From Candidatus Oxydemutatoraceae bacterium (GTDB lineage: Bacteria; Pseudomonadota; Gammaproteobacteria; Poriferisulfidales; Oxydemutatoraceae): DNA of 64,000 nt. A model generated the notes under the pieces. It searched no databases. It was given only the letters and a program-made list of their open reading frames with translations, and had not been told where the DNA came from. The stretch's first letter is position 1, and each line of letters starts with the position of its first letter. Made by a program: the position numbers and the translations under genes. Shown here piece by piece: positions 42,686 to 53,253 of this stretch. The stretch is taken from the NCBI GenBank assembly GCA_965219575.1, contig OZ244779.1:364769-428768 (forward strand). Direction: 5' to 3'.

Positions 42686-42991
42686 CTATAACCATGATTG
42701 TACATTATCGTGATCTGCAACCAGATCGACAAAATCTTCATAGCCGATTAATTTTACACCTTCCAGCACCTGTTTGTCGGAAAAACCGCGTGCTTTAAGG
42801 TCGGGGTTCAGCGCATAAACCGCTAGGTTTCGTTGCATCGCTTGTGTGATCGTATCGGCAAAACGACCACCGGCGGTTGCGCAAACCACGCCGTCTTCTA
42901 TCAGCAACACCGAACCGTCGTCTTGTGCGGTATCTAAACACGACGACAGGGCGTTGCGCTCAAAGGGTGATTTGTTGACGATATGGAGCAT
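42686..42991 (-). CDS. dsrH: DsrH (TusB-like)
   Basis: MLHIVNKSPF, LLIEDGV, DLKARG, QSWL. Confidence 0.94.
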   Translation of the reverse strand: MLHIVNKSPFERNALSSCLDTAQDDGSVLLIEDGVVCATAGGRFADTITQAMQRNLAVYALNPDLKARGFSDKQVLEGVKLIGYEDFVDLVADHDNVQSWL

Positions 42992-43008
42992 AGACACGAC
43001 GGCATCCC

Positions 43009-43431
43009 TCAAAAACTTAAGATGACATCTTGCTCGGCCATGATCTCGGCTAACTTTTTGCGGTCCACAAAGTGCATCGCACTTTTCTCTTCCCAGTCGT
43101 CGTCTTCGTCCTCGTAGACCAAAGCCTGCAAGTCGTCGGCGGATAGTCCGCGCTCGCTTAACGATTCGGTATCCACATAAATAGTTTTGATATCGTAGTC
43201 GCCCAAAGCACTATAGGTGGGTGAGAAGTTTTTCATTTCTATATCGTCGGTGTCTTGAGATTTCATCAGCTGGTAGACGCCGTCGTCCATAAACACCAAA
43301 CTGACTTGCTGGTCGAAGGCTGCGGCAATCAAGACAACCTCCAGAGATTCCAAAGCATAAATCGTGCCGTAGGGTGCTTTGCGGTTGACATACATAAACT
43401 TCTTAACGGTACCTTCGGGGGCATCACTCAT
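43009..43431 (-). CDS. dsrF: DsrF (TusC-like)
   Basis: APYGTIYALESLE, FMDDGVYQL. Confidence 0.95.
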   Translation of the reverse strand: MSDAPEGTVKKFMYVNRKAPYGTIYALESLEVVLIAAAFDQQVSLVFMDDGVYQLMKSQDTDDIEMKNFSPTYSALGDYDIKTIYVDTESLSERGLSADDLQALVYEDEDDDWEEKSAMHFVDRKKLAEIMAEQDVILSF

Positions 43432-43441
43432 GGTTTGTTCC

Positions 43442-43834
43442 TCAATCTCCGAAAGTAATCAGGCGATCCGACTGTATGCCCGCCTCTATCAACTGACCCA
43501 AGCCCGAGATGCGAAAGCCCGGGGCGATATTATCGGTATCCTTGCCACCACGCTTTGCCTCGCCCTCGTCCAGCACACCACGCCGTTGCGCTGCTGCCAC
43601 GCAGACCACTAAATCGAGCTGGTATTTGTCGGCTAACTCCGACCATCGTTGCGATATGTTGCGGTCGTCCTGCGGCGGCACCGATAGGCGGGTGCCGTTA
43701 TAAACCCCGTCGTGATAAAAGAACACTCGGTAAATCTCGTGTCCCTTATCCAGCGCGGCTCTAGTGAACTGGTATGCGGTATCCGACGCTTGGTGCGTAT
43801 AGGGACCTTCGTTTATTAGTACGGAAAACTTCAT
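43442..43834 (-). CDS. dsrE: DsrE (TusD-like)
   Basis: FFYHDGV, CVAAAQRRG, SGLGQL. Confidence 0.96.
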   Translation of the reverse strand: MKFSVLINEGPYTHQASDTAYQFTRAALDKGHEIYRVFFYHDGVYNGTRLSVPPQDDRNISQRWSELADKYQLDLVVCVAAAQRRGVLDEGEAKRGGKDTDNIAPGFRISGLGQLIEAGIQSDRLITFGD

Positions 43835-43855
43835 GCCAGTGCCTCAACATTGCGA

Positions 43856-44123
43856 GGGAATGTTGAAAAAGTACTGTTTTCGCTCAACTGCAACCGCTTG
43901 CGCCATGAATATTTACAAACCACCCGTAGGGGTGGGCGGACATGTTAGTCCGCCCCTACTATGTCTGCCCGTACCGTTCGGAATAACCGAAACCGCTTGC
44001 GCCATTTGGTTTTGGTTTCCATAAACTGGATGAATAAATGTGTAAATCGTGCAGGCGCAACGCGTTACGGGCGGACATGCAAGTCCGCCCCTACGGTGCA
44101 TCAAATACTTTTTCAACGGCACT
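43856..44123. mobile_element. Family-1 element between dsrB and dsrE
   Basis: Degenerate termini, two REPs, GGTTTTGGTTTCCATAAA core. Confidence 0.82.
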
Positions 44124-44129
44124 GCGAGA

Positions 44130-45203
44130 CTAAAAGCGGATATGCGTTGAAGCATTGAGACTCCGGCGGGCACCTAACCAGTTGTCGATATGAAACTTCG
44201 TGAACGGCAGTTCGGTCAGCTCAAAGAAGCGCGGCCAACCGATGCGCTCCACCCAGTCGCTAATTCTTTCCCAGTCCTTGGCATCTTCTTTGTAGGTTTT
44301 CAAAATCTTTTTCACCACCGCAGTCGCCTCGGGCCAGCGCGGCGGGTTGTTCGGTATTCCTGCTGCAACCAATTTTTGGAAAGACGGCTTGCCGCGGGCG
44401 TTGGAATGATTGCCGCCGACCCATATCGCAAGTTTGGTATGCTCGGGGTCGTTGATCTGCATCGGCGGGCAAGGCGGATAACAAGCACCGCAACAGATAC
44501 ACTTCTTCTCGTCGACTTCGAGCGAAGGTTTGCCGTTGACCATCGCCGGGCGTATTGCAGCAACTGGACAACGTGCCACCACCGAAGGTCGTTCGCAGAC
44601 ATTGGAAACCAAGTCGTGGTTGATTTTAGGGGGTTTGGTGTGCTGGACATTGATTGCGATGTCGCCTTGTCCTCCGCAATTAATTTGGCAACACGAAGTG
44701 GTGATGTGTACGCGGTTCGGCATGTTCCAATTCTTAAACTCTTCTATCAGTTCGTCCATCATCGCCTTGACCACACCGGAGGCATCGGTGCCGGGAATGT
44801 CGCAGTGCAACCAGCCTTGGGTATGCGAAATCATTGCCACCGAGTTCTTGGTTCCGCCGACGACAAAGCCGGCATTTTCAAGGGCATCGATGAGCGGCAC
44901 GACTCGCTTCTCGTCGTCGAGCATATACTCTATGTTGCTACGGATCGTAAAACGGACATAGCCGTCGGCATATTTGTCGCCGATATCGCATAGCTTGCGT
45001 AGCGTGAACACATCCAAAATGCGCTGGGTGCCGGCGCGCACCGTCCAGATCGCTTCGCCTTCGTGCGATACATGTTTTAGCACACCGGGACGCGGGTCGT
45101 CGTGGTATGCCCAGTTGCCGTAATTCTTGCGCATCACCGGATGCATATATTGAAACCCGTCGGGACAACCCGACTCAATCGGAGAACGATGCTGTTGTGC
45201 CAT
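44130..45203 (-). CDS. dsrB: Dissimilatory sulfite reductase beta subunit (oxidative type)
   Basis: HTQGWLHC, SCCQINCG, CICCGAC, NNPPRWPE. Confidence 0.98.
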   Translation of the reverse strand: MAQQHRSPIESGCPDGFQYMHPVMRKNYGNWAYHDDPRPGVLKHVSHEGEAIWTVRAGTQRILDVFTLRKLCDIGDKYADGYVRFTIRSNIEYMLDDEKRVVPLIDALENAGFVVGGTKNSVAMISHTQGWLHCDIPGTDASGVVKAMMDELIEEFKNWNMPNRVHITTSCCQINCGGQGDIAINVQHTKPPKINHDLVSNVCERPSVVARCPVAAIRPAMVNGKPSLEVDEKKCICCGACYPPCPPMQINDPEHTKLAIWVGGNHSNARGKPSFQKLVAAGIPNNPPRWPEATAVVKKILKTYKEDAKDWERISDWVERIGWPRFFELTELPFTKFHIDNWLGARRSLNASTHIRF

Positions 45204-45231
45204 TCTTATTCCTCTATGTTGTGTGTTGATC

Positions 45232-46512
45232 TTAGGCAGTTTCTGCCTGCTTTTCTTCGGACTTTTTCTCGGCTCTGTTCTCGAACCACTTCTTGGCTTC
45301 CTGCTCCCATTCGTCCATGCGAATGTAGGAACTCGTGCGGGGGTCGCTCACCATGTTGGGGTCAACCTCCACGCCGATGCCGTCCAAGAAATTGATCAAG
45401 CCGATACGCTCTATCATCTCGCCGCAGCGCTCGTGTTCGAGACCGTTCTCGGCCCAGAAGTCTATCGTTTCCTCGGCAATCTCAACCAAGCGTTCGTAAT
45501 CCTCTTCGCTTTCCAGCTTCATAAAAGGCACGATGACGGTGCCCATCAAGTCGCCGATTTTCAGCGTGCGCTTGCCGCCGATTAAAATGGAGATGCCGGT
45601 GTCGTCGCCCGGAGATAGAGCTTTGGGCATCACATTCAAGCAATGCATACAGCGGACGCAGTTGCGGTTGTCCACATCCAGCGTGTCGTCGTCTTTCAGC
45701 GACAGTGCTTGGGTCGGACAGCGTGAAATCACATTGTCAACGATATATTGGCGCCCTTTCTTGGCGACATATTCCTTGACTTCGTTTTGATCTACTTTCA
45801 TGTCGTCGCGCCAGGTGCCTATGATGGCAAAATCGGCACGCTCTATGGAATTCATGCAGTCGTTCGGACAACCCGAAACCTTAAACTTGAACTTGTAAGG
45901 TAGCGACGGACGATGCACATCGTCGGTGAAGTTGTTGAGCAAGGTGCGGTGTATACGCATCTCGTCTATGTTGGATTGCTCGCAACGGGCAGCACCTACG
46001 CATGATTGTCCGGTGCGCACGCAGGGACCGGCACCGCCTAGGTCCCAACCGTATTCGTTGATATCGTCAAAAAAGTGTTGTGTGTTTTCGGTGCTGGCAC
46101 CTATAAACATAATGTTGCCGGTCTGACCGTGAAAAGTGACCAAGCCGGAACCCCACTTCTCCCAGCTATCTGCGAGCTTGCGAAGCATGTCGGTCGTATA
46201 GTAATTACCCGACGGCGGCTGCACTCTTAAGGTATGAAATTCTTTGGAAGCAGGGAACGCTGCACCGACTTCCGAAAAGCGCGGGATAATACCGCTACCA
46301 TAACCGAAGACACTCACCGTGCCGCCTTTCCAATAACCCTTGCGGGTCTCGTACGAATGTTCCAGCTGACCCAGTAAGTCGTTTGCTACACCGCTTACGC
46401 GGTCATCTTCGTGTTGATCTCTAAGCCGTTTGATGCCGGAAACAAAACTAGGCCAAGGCCCTTTTTCCAGTTCGTCCAACATCGGTGTGTCATGTGGTTG
46501 TTTTGTTGACAT
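45232..46512 (-). CDS. dsrA: Dissimilatory sulfite reductase alpha subunit (oxidative type)
   Basis: TPMLDELEKGPWPSFV, WKGG, CVGAARCE, KFKFKVSGCPNDC, CVRCMHC. Confidence 0.98.
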   Translation of the reverse strand: MSTKQPHDTPMLDELEKGPWPSFVSGIKRLRDQHEDDRVSGVANDLLGQLEHSYETRKGYWKGGTVSVFGYGSGIIPRFSEVGAAFPASKEFHTLRVQPPSGNYYTTDMLRKLADSWEKWGSGLVTFHGQTGNIMFIGASTENTQHFFDDINEYGWDLGGAGPCVRTGQSCVGAARCEQSNIDEMRIHRTLLNNFTDDVHRPSLPYKFKFKVSGCPNDCMNSIERADFAIIGTWRDDMKVDQNEVKEYVAKKGRQYIVDNVISRCPTQALSLKDDDTLDVDNRNCVRCMHCLNVMPKALSPGDDTGISILIGGKRTLKIGDLMGTVIVPFMKLESEEDYERLVEIAEETIDFWAENGLEHERCGEMIERIGLINFLDGIGVEVDPNMVSDPRTSSYIRMDEWEQEAKKWFENRAEKKSEEKQAETA

Positions 46513-46669
46513 ATTCTTTTACCTCCACTATTTTCTGAAAATTACAATCTTTTATTACCTGAAGCGTTCTACGGTTCTATATGTCTTTTTTAACCAATAA
46601 AAGCTTTATTAGGACATGCTAATATAGCATAGCTTTGCTTTATGTCAAAATTGGAGGGAGGCGCATAGA

Positions 46670-46955
46670 GCCGCCGATTGAGCCAGTAGGTCAATCGGCG
46701 TAACATTGTACAGAAACTTAGTAGATAATTACAAAGTGTAAAGCCTGGGGCTGTTGAAAAAGTGCGGCATCGTACGAATCCAATCACTTGCGCCATTTGG
46801 TTTTGGTTTCCATAAATTGGATGGATGAATGTATAAATCGTGTAGGCACAACGCGTTACGGGCGGACATGCTAGTCCGCCCCTACGGGTGGTTTGCAAAT
46901 ATTCACGGCGCAAGCGGTTACGGTTGCACGCTGACGATACTTTTTCAACAATCCC
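46670..46955. mobile_element. Family-1 locus upstream of dsrA (TIR-bounded unit 46747-46955 flanked by AGCCT)
   Basis: Palindrome module, then GGGGCTGTTGAAAAAGT...TACTTTTTCAACAATCCC; AGCCT on both sides. Confidence 0.82.
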
Positions 46956-46973
46956 AGCCTTTCCATGGGGTGG

Positions 46974-47258
46974 TTAGCTACGCTTACTCTTAAAACGATC
47001 AATGAGATCCAAAATTTCATTTAGAAGTTTGACCACAATCCACCCCGCTGCCCCGTATGTAATAATCGTACCCAAAATAGAATCAATCAAACTGCCTGTG
47101 GCAGAGGCTAATTCCGATAAAAATATACCAAATAATCCTACAATTAGGACTGCTAAAAATTCAGAAAAACTAGCAATATTCTTATTTATCATTCTTTTCT
47201 GTGCGTCGACAGAAAAAAGCTGATTTTCTACTCCTATAGGTTCTTTCATTTCTTTCAT
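46974..47258 (-). CDS. Small hypothetical membrane protein (two TM helices)
   Basis: 94-aa AT-rich ORF with two hydrophobic stretches. Confidence 0.5.
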   Translation of the reverse strand: MKEMKEPIGVENQLFSVDAQKRMINKNIASFSEFLAVLIVGLFGIFLSELASATGSLIDSILGTIITYGAAGWIVVKLLNEILDLIDRFKSKRS

Positions 47259-47472
47259 CTATCGCTATTTCTCTATATTGAGAGTGGCAATAGCATCTCC
47301 ATATACTCTCCCGATTAGTTAATTAGCCCTTCTCGGACATTACTAAGTTACCACCTGAAACTATAGCATAGGTCGCAGTAGCATAGATTCCTCAAACGAT
47401 ACGACACCAAATACTTTTAGCGGTGCAGAGGCTCAATCGGATAAAATAGGTCGCACTGAGTAAATCAAGCAA

Positions 47473-48291
47473 ATGCAACAACGGTTAGAACTTAAACTGC
47501 AACGAGGCGCGATCGGTGTCGAGCAATTAATGGTTGAAATCCATAATCCGAATGCTCTGAGGAATTCGGAACATCGCCGGATTTTGGATAACTGTGAATT
47601 GTATAACCTCAGTTTTTATCGTAGTGTACAGCCTATATCGGACAGTGCCACCTTCAAGGCACTGGCGACGCAACTGGGTCTGCAGAGTCTATGCGATAAT
47701 CCAATGGCGGATACGCATAAAATCAGTCATATAACGGCTAGCCCGAACAGCCGCTATATCCCTTACACCGACCGTGCGCTTTCATGGCATACCGACGGTT
47801 ATTACAATGCCGACGCCGATATCATCAGGGCATTTATGATGCACTGCGTTCAACCGGCACTTGAAGGCGGGGTGAACGAATATTTGGATCACGAAGTGGT
47901 TTATATTCTGCTCTATCGGGAGAACGCAAATTATGTAGAAGCACTAAGACACCCGCACGCATTCACGATACCCGCCAACGAGGGTGAACGCGATGCACGA
48001 AGTTCGCCGGTATTCAGGGATGACCCGATAACAAACAAACTGCTCATGCACTACACCGAACGCTTGCAACACATAAAGTGGCATCCGTCGTGTGAAGAAG
48101 CTCTGGACTGTTTACGCAAACTACTACGCACAAGTCGGTATAAGATTTCTTATAAACTGGCTGCCAACGAAGGTGTGATTTGCAACAACATATTACACAA
48201 TCGCAATGCTTTTGATGACTCCGACGAACTCGCTAAACGATTACTCTATAGAGCCCGTGCTCGCGACCGGGTGGGTGGTTCTGAAACTTAA
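47473..48291 (+). CDS. TauD/TfdA-family Fe(II)/2OG dioxygenase-like protein
   Basis: WHTDGYYN (HxD), NNILHNR; this family is commonly found next to rDsr genes. Confidence 0.85.
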   Translation: MQQRLELKLQRGAIGVEQLMVEIHNPNALRNSEHRRILDNCELYNLSFYRSVQPISDSATFKALATQLGLQSLCDNPMADTHKISHITASPNSRYIPYTDRALSWHTDGYYNADADIIRAFMMHCVQPALEGGVNEYLDHEVVYILLYRENANYVEALRHPHAFTIPANEGERDARSSPVFRDDPITNKLLMHYTERLQHIKWHPSCEEALDCLRKLLRTSRYKISYKLAANEGVICNNILHNRNAFDDSDELAKRLLYRARARDRVGGSET

Positions 48292-48302
48292 GTGTTAGTG
48301 AT

Positions 48303-48368
48303 GCCGATTGACCCACCGGCTCAATCGGCGATTCTATTTCGCCTGCCGCCCCTACAAGGAGGGGAATT
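48303..48368. repeat. Partial family-1 repeat (palindrome plus hairpin remnant)
   Basis: GCCGATTGACCCACCGGCTCAATCGGC; GCCTGCCGCCCCTACAAGGAGGGGAAT. Confidence 0.75.
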
Positions 48369-48397
48369 ATGGTTTATAATTAAGCAAAACCCTTTAG

Positions 48398-49828
<1,431 letters not shown>

Positions 49829-50890
49829 ATGACTAAAGCGCATTCCAACACCCGCCTCTTGGATGCCATTGCACATCGCGCCGTAGATAGAACCCCGGTG
49901 TGGATTATGCGCCAAGCAGGCCGCTATCTACCGGAGTATCGTCGGGTGCGTGAAAAGGCGGGACATTTTCTGAATCTCTGCAAAACACCCGAACTTGCCT
50001 GCGAAGTCACATTGCAACCCGTTGAACGTTACCCTTTAGATGCGGCGATTATATTCTCGGATATCTTAACCATCCCGGATGCGATGGGGTTGGGACTTGA
50101 TTTTGAAGAGAACCGCGGCCCCTTTTTTAAGCATCCCATACGCAACGAGAAGCAAGCCGATGAGTTACGCATACCCGACGACGAAGACCTAGGTTATGTG
50201 ATGGAAGCCGTATCTATGGTGTGTAGGGAACTGGATGGGCGCATCCCGTTGATCGGCTTTACCGGTAGCCCGTGGACACTGGCAACTTATATGATAGAAG
50301 GCAGAGGCTCGCATAACTTTTCTTTGGTAAAGAAGATGATGCTCGATCATGCCGATTCGTTTAAGCGTATGCTGGATTTGCTTGCAACCGCGGGGGGTTC
50401 GTACCTTGCCGCACAGGCAAAGGCAGGTTGCCGATGCGTGATGGTCTTTGATTCTTGGGGTGGTGTGTTGGCGCACCAACACTATTTGGAATATTCTCTC
50501 GCACCTATGCAGCAGCTGATAACCGCATTTAAGAACCAAGGTTGCTCGGATGTGCCGATTATCTTGTTTACTAAAGGCGGTGGTCTGTGGCTGGAAAAGA
50601 TGGCAGAAACCGGATGCAATGTGATCGGCTTGGATTGGATGGTCGATATCGGTGAAGCGAGGCGCAGAGTGGGGAAACAAGTCGCATTACAAGGTAATCT
50701 AGACCCCTCGATCCTGCTTGCATCCGAACATGCGGTGCGCAGCGAAGTGCTTAAAGTGCTCGATGCCTTCGGGGAAGGCTCGGGACATATCTTTAACTTG
50801 GGACACGGAATTTATCCGGCAACCAATCCCGACAATCTACAAGTGTTAATAGAAACGGTTCACGAGTATTTCGCCGCGCACATATCCTAA
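49829..50890 (+). CDS. hemE: Uroporphyrinogen decarboxylase
   Basis: PVWIMRQAGRYLPEY, FSDIL, FNLGHGI. Confidence 0.98.
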   Translation: MTKAHSNTRLLDAIAHRAVDRTPVWIMRQAGRYLPEYRRVREKAGHFLNLCKTPELACEVTLQPVERYPLDAAIIFSDILTIPDAMGLGLDFEENRGPFFKHPIRNEKQADELRIPDDEDLGYVMEAVSMVCRELDGRIPLIGFTGSPWTLATYMIEGRGSHNFSLVKKMMLDHADSFKRMLDLLATAGGSYLAAQAKAGCRCVMVFDSWGGVLAHQHYLEYSLAPMQQLITAFKNQGCSDVPIILFTKGGGLWLEKMAETGCNVIGLDWMVDIGEARRRVGKQVALQGNLDPSILLASEHAVRSEVLKVLDAFGEGSGHIFNLGHGIYPATNPDNLQVLIETVHEYFAAHIS

Positions 50891-50940
50891 CAGTAAAAAC
50901 TTCATGGGTTATTTAATAACCCGATTAGTAGAAATACAAA

Positions 50941-52101
50941 ATGCAAACAATAACGGCACAAGAGTTGAAAAATGCAAGGAGTGTAGGAACAAGTGCACAA
51001 ATCGTAGATGTTAGAACACTCCGTGAATATATTAATTTCAGAATATCCGGGACGGCATTTCTACCGTTAAGACATGTTCATCAGCTAAAGGTGCCCTTAC
51101 ATAAAAATCTGGATGTTTACGCAATATCCGAAAAAGGTCATCGCGCAAAAGAGTTTTGTCAAACATTGGATGCTTTGGGCTATAGTACATTTTATTTAGA
51201 AGGTGGGCTAGAAGCGTGGGGTCGACAAAACTATCCTGTGCAATACTTCTCGAGGACGCGGTCTTTGAAACATCTAATGAACGCAGGATGGCGGCTTTTA
51301 AGAGCTCGGGAATCAAAAAATTCACAATCTCCGGGTGAAATTCAAAATGTGGATTTAAGAATGCCGCCAAAATCCGAGTTGGCATACTATTTCTATCACA
51401 TAATCCTTATTGCTCTGTTTTTCGAGCACTTAGGCATTAATATTAAATTTATATTCGCACCCCGACACAATTACTTTGAAAATTCGATACTTTCAACTTC
51501 GGGAGAGTACCAAGCTCAAAATTCCGTAACTTTTCCTTCCTCCGGATTATACAATCGTGTAATGCTACATCTTTTATTTCGTAAAGAAGACTTCCTCTGG
51601 AGATATGGACATAAGGTAATCTCACAATTATTGATCAGCCGAAGTTTACAAAAACAAGCAGAAAAATGGAGCCGCGAACACCTTGCAGGTAATTGGGTCG
51701 GAGTTCATTATCGGGGAACCGATCAATTGCAAAAAGAAAAATATCGTGCGCGAATTGAAACAGATTCTTATATTGCTTACTTAAAAACAGTTGTAGACGA
51801 AGACTGCAATATTTTTGCGTGTTCGGATCAAGCACAGTTTATAGAGCAACTACATCTCGCATTCCCGGATAGGGTTTTCTGCAGAGACATAACCCGTTCT
51901 TATGATGCACGAAACTTACACACGACTCCTAAATATTCAAGTTTTCAACAACGAAAAGATGCGATGATAGATCTTTTGATTTTGTCGAAAGCTAAGCTGA
52001 TATACAAAACAGGAGGAAACTTCCCATTCATTACTAAGTTCCTAAATCCTAAAATAAAAATTTTTGCGTTACATGAAGGTGGTGTTGTAAAGAACTACTG
52101 A
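50941..52101 (+). CDS. Fusion of a rhodanese-like domain and a fucosyltransferase-like (NodZ/GT23-type) domain
   Basis: VDVR..EY...RISG, LEGGLEAW (rhodanese); GVHYRGTD, IFACSD, AMIDLLILS (GT-B fucosyltransferase motifs). Confidence 0.65.
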   Translation: MQTITAQELKNARSVGTSAQIVDVRTLREYINFRISGTAFLPLRHVHQLKVPLHKNLDVYAISEKGHRAKEFCQTLDALGYSTFYLEGGLEAWGRQNYPVQYFSRTRSLKHLMNAGWRLLRARESKNSQSPGEIQNVDLRMPPKSELAYYFYHIILIALFFEHLGINIKFIFAPRHNYFENSILSTSGEYQAQNSVTFPSSGLYNRVMLHLLFRKEDFLWRYGHKVISQLLISRSLQKQAEKWSREHLAGNWVGVHYRGTDQLQKEKYRARIETDSYIAYLKTVVDEDCNIFACSDQAQFIEQLHLAFPDRVFCRDITRSYDARNLHTTPKYSSFQQRKDAMIDLLILSKAKLIYKTGGNFPFITKFLNPKIKIFALHEGGVVKNY

Positions 52102-52208
52102 AAAAAAATCATCTTTGACGATATTCTCGGATGATTGAGCAAATTACACTAACGCCGAAGCGGTTAACGAACAGGCGATTCTACTAAGCGACTGTATAGC
52201 AGATAGTG

Positions 52209-53195
52209 CTATTCCACCGGCCACAGCGGTTCATTTTCAATATACCACTGTGCCATCTTTTGGATGCCCGTTTTCAAATTGGTTTTAGGCTCATAGCCCA
52301 ACGCTTGTATGCGTGCAATATCCGGACAGCGGCGGTCGGTTTCCCCGGAGGGTGAATCGGACGGTATTATGTTGCCCTCCCTACCGAATACTTCCAGCAC
52401 GATAGAGACTACCTCTTTGATTTGCACTTCATCCATCGTGCCGATATGAAAAAAGGAACATTTTTCGGCTTGGGTAAAAGCCGCATAGCATCCTTCGGTG
52501 AAATCATCTACATATACAAAAGCTCGGGTTTGTGCGCCCGATCCACGAATCGGGAAATCGATGGTTTGCCCTTTAGGGGTCTCTCTATCCAACCGAGCGG
52601 CACGCATAATCATCTGCGGTAGAACATGCTCAAAACCCATGTCGGCTCCGTAGACATTGTGGGGGCGTACAATCGCTAATTGCCGGAACGCCTTGCGTCC
52701 ATAATTCACCGCCAGCAATTCGGTTGCGATTTTACCGCCACCGTAGCTATAGCGAGGGTTCAGAACATCGGGGATAATCAGTGCTGCCGTCTCGTCGGTG
52801 GGCACTTTCTTGGCTCGCTGATAAACTTCGGATGAACTCAAAATCCAATAGCGATCTATTTTATGTGCAATACAAGCCTCTATGGTGTTCAAAGCACCTT
52901 TGATGCCGACCTCTAAAATCTGTTCCGGCATGCTATAAAAAAACTCGGTACCGTTGATATAAGCCAAGTGCGCAACTACATCCATCCCTCTGCATGCTTT
53001 TTCAACAACGGCATAATCGCGCACATCGCCGACGATAAAATCAATATCGTCGATCACATCGGCAAGACGCCTCGCATGTCCTCTGGAATTATTATCTAAA
53101 ACGCTTACTTGCCAGCCTTCTCGCAACAGTTTTTTAACCAAAGCACTGCCTAAAAAGCCGCTGCCGCCGGTTACTAAAATTCGCTCGCTCGTCAT
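52209..53195 (-). CDS. NAD-dependent nucleotide-sugar epimerase/dehydratase
   Basis: TGGSGFLG, SSSEVY, YGGGK, R.HNVYG; start ATG 53195. Confidence 0.92.
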   Translation of the reverse strand: MTSERILVTGGSGFLGSALVKKLLREGWQVSVLDNNSRGHARRLADVIDDIDFIVGDVRDYAVVEKACRGMDVVAHLAYINGTEFFYSMPEQILEVGIKGALNTIEACIAHKIDRYWILSSSEVYQRAKKVPTDETAALIIPDVLNPRYSYGGGKIATELLAVNYGRKAFRQLAIVRPHNVYGADMGFEHVLPQMIMRAARLDRETPKGQTIDFPIRGSGAQTRAFVYVDDFTEGCYAAFTQAEKCSFFHIGTMDEVQIKEVVSIVLEVFGREGNIIPSDSPSGETDRRCPDIARIQALGYEPKTNLKTGIQKMAQWYIENEPLWPVE

Positions 53196-53253
53196 TAATT
53201 CAACTCTATGGATTTTGTACCAACTAATGCAATAAGTGTATAAAACTTTAATA

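Noticed and set aside
44190-44993. Long antisense ORFs over dsrB, atpA and other genes
   Set aside because: These are shadow ORFs opposite well-supported genes and have no recognisable motifs.
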